A DNA stretch of 40,121 nt from an uncultured Bacteroidales bacterium (lineage in GTDB: Bacteria; Bacteroidota; Bacteroidia; Bacteroidales; JBBRXJ01). The notes beneath the pieces were generated by a model. That model worked only from the letters and a program-made list of their open reading frames with translations, was not told where the DNA came from and did no database searches. Positions 18,301-24,813 of the stretch are shown here, one piece after another. The stretch is from the NCBI GenBank assembly GCA_964413555.1, contig CAYPTK010000002.1, forward strand, positions 1 to 40,121. Direction: 5' to 3'. Each line of letters opens with the position of its first letter. Position 1 is the first letter of the stretch. The translations under genes and the position numbers were made by a program.

Positions 18301-18709
18301 CAAAGCGAACTTCTTCCGAAGGACATGCCTTGGCAGGACTGATATCATAACTGATATACTCATTCGGACCATATTCAATATCATTTCTCACGAAAATAGT
18401 GTCTGAAAGTGTCGTGTCAGCACCACATGAATTGAATATTGTTACATTATATACATAGGTACCAACCGTTTCAAATATTATATTATAAGGATATTTTCCT
18501 GTACGTGTAGTTCCATTGTCAAAATCCCAAAATATTGAATCTGTATCATAATAATACATATAAAAGTCAACTTCAGTGCCCGGGCATATTTCATTTGATC
18601 CATAATTACCATAATTTATATAAGAATCAAATTCACAATTATTCTGTGATAATGCCAAGTGGCCTGAAATAAAAAAAATGACAAACAAGGGTAAATAGAT
18701 TTTTTTCAT
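15377..18709 (-). CDS. T9SS-secreted surface protein: 8 PKD-like repeats, 2 Cys-containing CEG...GCDS units, 2 Fn3-like domains, T9SS C-terminal sorting domain
   Basis: 1110 aa with a signal peptide. There are eight units, each with CP(G/S)xxVxF ... W(D/N)FGDG(T) ... TLTNGCG. The C terminus reads FPNPSNGKVKIQY...GTYFVKC...KKIICLD, typical of T9SS CTDs. Confidence 0.85.
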   Translation of the reverse strand: MKKIYLPLFVIFFISGHLALSQNNCEFDSYINYGNYGSNEICPGTEVDFYMYYYDTDSIFWDFDNGTTRTGKYPYNIIFETVGTYVYNVTIFNSCGADTTLSDTIFVRNDIEYGPNEYISYDISPAKACPSEEVRFDVWGNNFTSVTWDVGDGTTTHDDYYYHNYSSTGTFPIALTLTNGCGNDTTVYDTVIVDSNITFTDETYLRYEIYDRVNCPGDEVRFDTWGEFETAVWDLGDGTVIQDDYFRHTYTDTGTYPIILTLTNACGNDTVIYDTVNVINNLHYTGNISMSIYPDELCPGDKTRFSSYADAVTYEWNISDGTTSDIKRFKHAFDSAGTYDVQLTLTNGCGIDTTIQDQVIVNSNITFGVLDYEISEKEVCPEQQVRFSSRDYASTYIWTFGDGDISTAKYTSHSFSGEQEKYPVSLTVANGCGNFKTVWDTITINNDIRVGEVEFMISPTKVCPNQQVLFIIDQEKVNQVRWNFGDGATSDKILAFHSYDLIGNYNATIQATNGCGYDTIISQTVRVQDNVESSLKDFEYGSSVNEACIGDTVAFYIAPVSDGTEITWDFGDGNSSSTPEELELSIEGIDYVYYIFEHAYSENGTFKTTITLTNGCGKTASDTIDIYIHDNAQIEYVNLNFEESQIEVNKPIQFIGNGGSTSIIDFGDGTIDTVYNPLIITEHTYTSGGTYNISITASNHCGNIKSNEETIEIFDPDENVTRIDANICEGDTFNYDGNKYTKQGHYDFIYSPDSIVFLNINVHPHWNVIADTTFCEGSFFNIGGTNYSTPGTQATDSTLKSMYGCDSIVTYNLSYDTSAYEEQICLVTIDSVTGKNLVTWEKTPDQKITGYTLYRENNTQGYDSIAYLPFDSLSVFVDTGSDPESHQELYKLVTHDECGNVTDINLVPYHKTLFLQYVSSVGGVNLEWRPYTINGVAQTFESYIIYRGADSNSLQPLVTVSGSLDAYTDNSAGALSGRKYYRIAGVKSDPCYPNGNLKASGGPFSRSVSNLEDNRLKSDNIEENTTNPVQLSVFPNPSNGKVKIQYTLQKTEDISIDLYSVLGNKIDNIVNEKQELGVYIQDYELPSGGTYFVKCHVNGVVITKKIICLD

Positions 18710-18719
18710 AATATTTAAT

Positions 18720-18789
18720 TTATTAAAATGTGACGCAATTTATATATTTTTTATTAAAATGTGACGCAATTTATATATTTTTTATTAAA
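18720..18789. repeat. 31-bp tandem duplication, 2 full copies plus an 8-nt partial copy
   Basis: TTATTAAAATGTGACGCAATTTATATATTTT occurs at 18720-18750 and identically at 18751-18781, then TTATTAAA at 18782-18789. The first copy begins 11 nt upstream of the PKD gene ATG (18707-18709). Confidence 0.95.
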
Positions 18790-18889
18790 TAAATCTTCTC
18801 ATTTTGTTTAACTTATATTATTTTTCATTAATCAACATTAATTCAAGACGAAAGAACTAAAAAGATGGTTGTAATTTTAATAAAAAAAG

Positions 18890-21800
18890 TTATAAACAAA
18901 TAATTTTTCGTGTAATGTAATTGTTATTAATTTTAAATTTTATAAAATATGTCCCGGGAAATGGAAGGTTATAAATTAACCTATACATTCCTTTATTTTG
19001 ATTTTTGTCCAGGAGCACGTCTATTTTTTCTCCTAAAATTGTATATATATTAATTTTGACATGACTTTCATTTTGTAAGGCATATTGGATTTCAATTTTC
19101 CCGCTCGAGGGGTTCGGAGATATTTGCAGATGAAATGAATTCTTAGAATTACTTTCAATATTATCTGTTTTTAACCGGTTATCTTCTAAATTTGATACTG
19201 ATCTGCTGAATGGCCCCCCCGATGCTTTGGTAGCCAAACATGAACCATCCGGCTTAATTGCTGCCACCCGGTAATAATAAGTACTGTCTTCAGACACCTC
19301 TGTATCGGTATAAGTAAATGAATTGATGTAATAAGCCATACTGTCTATTACTGTTAAATTGGTTGCACTGGTTCCCCTAAGAATTTGATACGTGTTAAAA
19401 TCAAATCCTTCATAATGGCTCCAGGTAAGAGCAAACCCATCTCCCTGTGATGATTTACTCACGTTCAAATGCAAGGTTTTATGATGATCACTTAATTCCG
19501 ATTCATTGCCACAGGAATCCACCACGGTTATTTTATAGCGTTCGGCACGTGTTTCGGGGTTTGAAGTGCCGTCAAGACAATAGCTCACGCTATCATACGG
19601 GATTTGTGCAAGAAAATCAAAATTTCCGGTATATGATTGTTTGTAGACATTATAATGGCGAATGGCCTGATTGGTTGTCTTACTCCACACGATCTGGTTT
19701 TTTCCTGATTTTTCATCTACTGTTACAATGCAAATGGGTTGAGGTTTTGCCTGTACTTCAACATCTTCTTGTGCTATTGCCTCGCAATGATTGCTGTCTG
19801 TTACAGTGACCGAATAAGTTCCGGCAGATAAATCATGTATGATTGAATCTGTTCCGGCATTTGACCAATTGAAGGTATATGGGTGTGTACCCCCGGAAGC
19901 TATTGCTTTCATGGCGCCAACGTGTTTACCGCAAGTGGTATGTTCTTTCTCAAATGATATGCTTAATGCCTGGGGTTGATGAATCACAACATTTTGAGTT
20001 GCCGCTGCACATCCATTATTATCTATGACATTTACAAAATATGTTCCTGCATACAGGTTTGATGCCGTATCGCTTATCATGCCATTATTCCAATAATAGT
20101 AATAAGGGGGAGTGCCTCCACCTGGTGTAGCTATTGCCATCCCATCCAGCCCTAGGTAACATGACACGTCTTTTTTTGTAACTGATGAGGTTAATAATTC
20201 CGGTTGTGTAATTTCAAATGTATCCGCAACTTCACATCCAAATTTATCACTTACAGTAATCGCGTAGGTACCAGACATTATATTCGTTCTATCCTGGTTT
20301 GATGAACTGTCTGACCAACTATATTGATACGGGGTAATTCCATTTTGAATGGTAATGTCTATAGCCCCGTTTTTTTGTCCATAACACTTTACATCCGTTA
20401 TATTTCCACTAATTGCTATATCCAGAAACTCTTTTTGAAACACCGGTACATTCGCCGTGATTTCAGAAGTATAATCCACAAGCCTAATCCCGGTTTGTTT
20501 TACAGATACATTAAACACGGTATCTTTAAAAACCAAATCATGAGCATTAAAGATTGTTTTATCATCAAAGCATTTCCCGGAATAACCATTTTCATCAGTT
20601 TTGATAACATAACCGCGGTATATCATATCATCATCCCTGGCATTATATGTAACAATATATCCTTTGTCATTTGTTTCCTGTAATTTTCCAGAGTATGCAA
20701 CCGTCCCAAAATCCGGTAAATCCAGGTATGATTTCAACCAGAGAACTTGCCCCTTGTTATCTGTTTTGCACAAAAATGTTTTGTCTCCCCTTCCTGATAC
20801 AATATATCCTCCATCTTTTGTTTGGTTTACATCATAGGCTGTAGCCGCTGAACTTGTTGAAGGGTGTATGTTCTCTATCCATTCCTGGTTGCCACTAATA
20901 TCAAATTTAGCAATAAAAAAATACCCCTGGGTTGTTGTAGTTTTTCCAACAACTACAAACCCACCATCATTCGTCATGCAGGATGATCTTATGGTTTCCC
21001 CGGTTTTATAATTATAATGCTTTGTCCAAATCGTGTCCCCATCAGGATTAAGCAATATAAAGAACAGGTCATCTTCTGAATTGGGGAATGTTCCTAATTT
21101 TGTATATCCCAATACCAGGTAATTATTTTCTTTTGTTTCATGGATGGATACTGCTTCATCATTCCTGCCCGTGCCATACGATTTAACCCAGGCGGTATCA
21201 CCGTTTGAGGTTAACTTAGCAGCCATGATGTCATAATCTCCCGTGGTCATACTTTTTGATTTTCCAACGACTATTATATCATCTGTTGATGTCATAGATC
21301 CATGTATCCATTCATCAATTCTTGTGGAATCCCCTATCGCCTTACTCCAAAGCAAATCACCGGAAAAATTTGTTTGTACAAGAAAACCATCCGTATAACT
21401 GGTTGGGTTGTTATTGTATTTTGTCTTGCCAATCATCAAATACCCTTTTGATGTTTCAATAATATGATTCATGTTATCAGTTGCAGATGTACCGAAAGAT
21501 TTTTTCCAATTGACATTTCCTTCTATGTCTGTATTATACAATACATATTCGTAATCATTTTCAGGATTTATCGTTCCTGAGAATACATATCCATCTTCTT
21601 TTATCACTACACCATTACTAAAAATACCATAATCATCATAAATATAATCTTTGAAGGTAATGATGTCAAAGTTTTTATTTAGTGTTTCTTCATTCATTGT
21701 TTTTGATATAACAGAAGGATTGTTTGTATTGATAGCCAGATTATAGCTGGAAGGTTTGATGATAATATTTTTATTCTGCACCAGGCTATCCTTCACTGTC

Positions 21801-22015
21801 ATAAAAGCATTATTTTCATAATATGAGCTGGTGTTTCCATTTGAATCAGCTTTAACAAGATAAATACCCTCATCATCCAAATCAAAGCCTTCTGTTTTTC
21901 CAATTATATATATATCATTGTTGTGTATAGAAGAAATCCCTAACATTTCTTCATCTTCTGAACCATAGGTTTTTCCCCAGAGATAGTTGCCTGCTGTATC
22001 AATTTTCATGCACAT
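18890..22015 (-). CDS. T9SS cargo, downstream fragment: SBBP-type beta-propeller repeats, 3 SprB repeats, 2 Fn3-like domains, T9SS CTD (no signal peptide of its own)
   Basis: 1041-aa ORF. The propeller repeat is DGGY(I/V)..G.T......D..L.K.D..G...W. The SprB-type units read CYGQKNGAIDITIQNGITPYQYSW, CYLGLDGMAIATPGGGTPPYYYYW and CGKHVGAMKAIASGGTHPYTFNW. The C terminus is SPNPSSGKIEIQY...GTYFIKF...RKIICL. Confidence 0.8.
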   Translation of the reverse strand: MCMKIDTAGNYLWGKTYGSEDEEMLGISSIHNNDIYIIGKTEGFDLDDEGIYLVKADSNGNTSSYYENNAFMTVKDSLVQNKNIIIKPSSYNLAINTNNPSVISKTMNEETLNKNFDIITFKDYIYDDYGIFSNGVVIKEDGYVFSGTINPENDYEYVLYNTDIEGNVNWKKSFGTSATDNMNHIIETSKGYLMIGKTKYNNNPTSYTDGFLVQTNFSGDLLWSKAIGDSTRIDEWIHGSMTSTDDIIVVGKSKSMTTGDYDIMAAKLTSNGDTAWVKSYGTGRNDEAVSIHETKENNYLVLGYTKLGTFPNSEDDLFFILLNPDGDTIWTKHYNYKTGETIRSSCMTNDGGFVVVGKTTTTQGYFFIAKFDISGNQEWIENIHPSTSSAATAYDVNQTKDGGYIVSGRGDKTFLCKTDNKGQVLWLKSYLDLPDFGTVAYSGKLQETNDKGYIVTYNARDDDMIYRGYVIKTDENGYSGKCFDDKTIFNAHDLVFKDTVFNVSVKQTGIRLVDYTSEITANVPVFQKEFLDIAISGNITDVKCYGQKNGAIDITIQNGITPYQYSWSDSSSNQDRTNIMSGTYAITVSDKFGCEVADTFEITQPELLTSSVTKKDVSCYLGLDGMAIATPGGGTPPYYYYWNNGMISDTASNLYAGTYFVNVIDNNGCAAATQNVVIHQPQALSISFEKEHTTCGKHVGAMKAIASGGTHPYTFNWSNAGTDSIIHDLSAGTYSVTVTDSNHCEAIAQEDVEVQAKPQPICIVTVDEKSGKNQIVWSKTTNQAIRHYNVYKQSYTGNFDFLAQIPYDSVSYCLDGTSNPETRAERYKITVVDSCGNESELSDHHKTLHLNVSKSSQGDGFALTWSHYEGFDFNTYQILRGTSATNLTVIDSMAYYINSFTYTDTEVSEDSTYYYRVAAIKPDGSCLATKASGGPFSRSVSNLEDNRLKTDNIESNSKNSFHLQISPNPSSGKIEIQYALQNESHVKINIYTILGEKIDVLLDKNQNKGMYRLIYNLPFPGTYFIKFKINNNYITRKIICL

Positions 22016-22087
22016 CAGGTCCCAATTGCCATTCCCAAGATGTTTGGTCTTGCCCGAGATACTATAATTTCCTCTTGTATCAATGGT

Positions 22088-23023
22088 TTAAGAATATGCA
22101 TAATCATCCTGTACATTCGGGAAAGAATATGTATAATTGCTTTCTCCTATTTGCTTTGACCATTCGATATTGCCTAAACTATCAGTTTTTATCAATAGTA
22201 TATCATGATCCATCCCGGATAAAATTCCATAAGATTTTGAGACACCCAACATGATGAGTCCATTGTCGTTGGTTTGCTTAATATCTATGGCATATTCTAC
22301 ATCTATCCCTCCATACACCCATGTGGATTGAGTTTCCGGATTTTTTAAGTTTCCATTTTTATCTGTTAACACCAGCATCAGGTCATAATCTCCATGACTC
22401 CCGGAGCGGGTTCTGCCATAAAAAGCATATCCATTTTGTGTTTCGCAAACACCATACAGATAATCTTGTGCGCCCCCATCATAAATTCTTGACCACAGCG
22501 TATCCCCGGAAGGGGTTAATTTTATTAAACACATATCCAGGTTTACAGTACCTGCAATAATAAAATTCCCGTCTGTATCTTCAAGAATTTTTTGCCCATA
22601 ATCATAATTTGCTGTTCCAATGGTTTTGCTCCATTGCACATTCCCGACAGAATCAAGAAGCATATAAAATATATCAAAAAAACCTTCTCCTAGACTGGCT
22701 GTATGCCCGGCAAGCATTATTTCATTATTGCTTGTCTGTAAAGCAGATGAGAGATTGTCATTACTGCTCCCGATTTTGTATTGATAACACCAATCAACAT
22801 CCCCCCCGGTGTCAATCTTCATTAGTGTTGGTTCATTGTCATTATAGGTTGTCCATGATGTAGCCGGCAAAATAATTGCATCATCTTGTGTAAAAATGAT
22901 ATCATTATTTAAGCTTTCAAAGGTCAACCCTGTTTCCGGGATAAATGCTTTATGTGAATAATCCTGGCTAAACAATGTATAGGAAGCCAATAAATAAATA
23001 ATAAAAAATATTCTTTTTTTCAT
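22088..23023 (-). CDS. T9SS cargo, upstream fragment: signal peptide plus SBBP-type beta-propeller repeats (no sorting domain)
   Basis: 311-aa ORF starting MKKRIFFIIYLLASYTLFSQ. It has the same repeat family as the downstream ORF, is in the same frame, and ends at TAA 22088-22090. Confidence 0.8.
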   Translation of the reverse strand: MKKRIFFIIYLLASYTLFSQDYSHKAFIPETGLTFESLNNDIIFTQDDAIILPATSWTTYNDNEPTLMKIDTGGDVDWCYQYKIGSSNDNLSSALQTSNNEIMLAGHTASLGEGFFDIFYMLLDSVGNVQWSKTIGTANYDYGQKILEDTDGNFIIAGTVNLDMCLIKLTPSGDTLWSRIYDGGAQDYLYGVCETQNGYAFYGRTRSGSHGDYDLMLVLTDKNGNLKNPETQSTWVYGGIDVEYAIDIKQTNDNGLIMLGVSKSYGILSGMDHDILLIKTDSLGNIEWSKQIGESNYTYSFPNVQDDYAYS

Positions 23024-23059
23024 GGTATGTTATTTGTAATTCTTCATATTAATTAACCA

Positions 23060-23067
23060 CAAAGATA
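23060..23067 (-). promoter_or_regulatory. Candidate -7 box (TATCTTTG) for the propeller adhesin gene
   Basis: The reverse complement of caaagata is an exact TAnnTTTG. It lies 37 nt upstream of the ATG at 23023. Confidence 0.4.
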
Positions 23068-23178
23068 TGAATAAATTCTTTACGTATGGATTTGAAATTG
23101 TGGAATATACTCTTTTTTATTAACTGTAGCCGGCATCGGGGATTCACGAGATATTACATGTGAATTTACAGGAGCGTT

Positions 23179-24813
23179 CTATTCTTTATTTGCTTGAGCT
23201 TTCGCACGTTTAAAGAGAAGTATGTATTGTGTAGATGCTGGTTTGTATTGCCGGGCTTCTGCCCCATATTTATATATTGTTCCGTTATTTGTAATGTCTA
23301 TTGTCCCAGCATGTTGATAATGAGCATTAGCGTATTTGCCAAACCATTCAAAAATCTCGTTGGGTGCCCCGGGGTGTTTTGACCATGATGTACTGACACT
23401 GACAAACAGGAGGATTTCGGGTTTATTTTGTTCGATCTCACGAATCATCTGTTTTTGTAACTTCAGGCTGTATTCATTGGGACTCACCAATTGATATGTA
23501 AACAAAAAACCTGTTGCAGATTCGCGCTCAGCATAAAACAATATCTCTGCTTCTGATCCCAAGATGGCAATTTTATCATCCGAATCGGTATTTGCTTTTA
23601 TTACCCTGCTGATTCGTGGTGCTTCAACAAACGGGTTTCTCCCGTATATTTGCCGTGAAAGTTCAACAGGGTCTTTTTTGAAGAAATACGTTTTATTTTG
23701 TGCAATTAATGACCCCGATATCATAAAGAATATTAAAATCAAGCTAAAAGATGTTGCTGTTTTTTTACCGGTACGTTTAATGATTGTCTCACGTGAATAG
23801 TCAAAAGCCAATCCTATACAAATAGCAAGTGCAGGAAGGAATATAATAAAGTAATGATTCCTGAAATAATACCCGGGAATTACAGCGATCATCGAACACG
23901 AGACAAACAAAAGAATGATTGTTTTTTTCAGCGATTCTATCTTCAAAAAAAATGTCGCTATCATCCCCGCTCCTCCAATGATCCACAACAATTTATACCC
24001 GTTAACAACATGGGGGAACATGTATTTAAATATATTCCACCCGTCTTTCATCTCGATAATGGAAACATAATTTTTAGGATATATATAGGTCCATTGCCAA
24101 AACAGGTCAAAATCGTTAAATCCAATGGCTATCAATATAATTATTCCATAAGGAATGATGGCGCCCGCGCTAAAAAGCAACACGTTTGAAACGAGTTTTG
24201 TTATTTTGTATGATGGGGTTTTAATGAATTCAATGACCATAAATAAAATAATCAGTATAATAAACAAAGCAGCGGGTTGTTTCATGGTGAATGCCATGCC
24301 CGTTAAAAATCCAGAAAGCATAAAATATAATTTTTGCAACCGTTGATGTTCTTTTGCTTCAAGATAAACGTGAATTCCCGCTAAAACAAACATGTTTAAA
24401 TACTGCGTTGCATGAGCAGAATTTCCAAGTACACCCTGGTCCAATGACATGAACGCGTATACAAAGGCAGCAATGGCAGCGGTAAAAGGATTAATGAGGC
24501 GCCTGACAATTAAAAACAAAAAAATAAGCGATATGATATTCACGATCGCTACTCCCATCCTGATTCCAGTATCAGTTTCTCCGAAAACAGACATGAACAG
24601 GGCATACATGTAAGAAACACCGGGTATTTTATAATTATACGCGTTAAATGGAGATTCTCCATCAAGTACGAGTTGCGCGATATAAGCAAATTCTCCTTCA
24701 TCACGTTCCAATGGCATATCGCTCAGTCGAAGTCTTATAAAAAAACTAAAGAAGATGGCTGCTATCAGGATAAACCAATAGATTGTACTTGTTTTGCTTG
24801 TTGGTTTCACCAT
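23179..24813 (-). CDS. GT-C fold glycosyltransferase (ArnT / PMT_2, GT39/GT83-like) membrane protein
   Basis: 544 aa with roughly a dozen N-terminal TM helices. The first loop motif is MPLERDEGEFAYIAQ (the D-E...Y motif of ArnT/PMT-type enzymes). A soluble C-terminal domain of about 170 aa follows. Confidence 0.7.
   Translation of the reverse strand: MVKPTSKTSTIYWFILIAAIFFSFFIRLRLSDMPLERDEGEFAYIAQLVLDGESPFNAYNYKIPGVSYMYALFMSVFGETDTGIRMGVAIVNIISLIFLFLIVRRLINPFTAAIAAFVYAFMSLDQGVLGNSAHATQYLNMFVLAGIHVYLEAKEHQRLQKLYFMLSGFLTGMAFTMKQPAALFIILIILFMVIEFIKTPSYKITKLVSNVLLFSAGAIIPYGIIILIAIGFNDFDLFWQWTYIYPKNYVSIIEMKDGWNIFKYMFPHVVNGYKLLWIIGGAGMIATFFLKIESLKKTIILLFVSCSMIAVIPGYYFRNHYFIIFLPALAICIGLAFDYSRETIIKRTGKKTATSFSLILIFFMISGSLIAQNKTYFFKKDPVELSRQIYGRNPFVEAPRISRVIKANTDSDDKIAILGSEAEILFYAERESATGFLFTYQLVSPNEYSLKLQKQMIREIEQNKPEILLFVSVSTSWSKHPGAPNEIFEWFGKYANAHYQHAGTIDITNNGTIYKYGAEARQYKPASTQYILLFKRAKAQANKE

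Larger units (their letters stand above)
18890..23023 (-). pseudogene. Reconstructed single adhesin gene (about 1377 codons) interrupted by one in-frame TAA
   Basis: Both ORFs share a frame. The 72-nt bridge (22016-22087) has no stop and continues the repeat consensus. The signal peptide is only on the upstream part and the CTD only on the downstream part. Confidence 0.55.

Noticed and set aside
18661-18709. A7 (after the ATG) and T8 homopolymers in the PKD gene signal-peptide region as slipped-strand phase-variation tracts
   Set aside because: They encode the ordinary MKK... and FFI signal-peptide residues. Equivalent tracts occur at most gene starts in this AT-rich window (for example rimM and the propeller gene). 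The tract lengths are at the low end for efficient slippage.
18720-18789. Tandem 31-bp repeat as a possible mini-CRISPR array
   Set aside because: The copies are directly adjacent with no spacers, there are only 2.3 of them, and there are no cas genes in the window. This is a tandem duplication.
22088-22090. Possibility that the in-frame TAA reflects stop-codon reassignment (an alternative genetic code)
   Set aside because: TAA is the terminator of efp (101-103), rpsP (31620-31622), the PKD gene (15377-15379) and the same adhesin gene's own end (18890-18892). All of these fall at sensible protein C termini, so TAA is a normal stop here.
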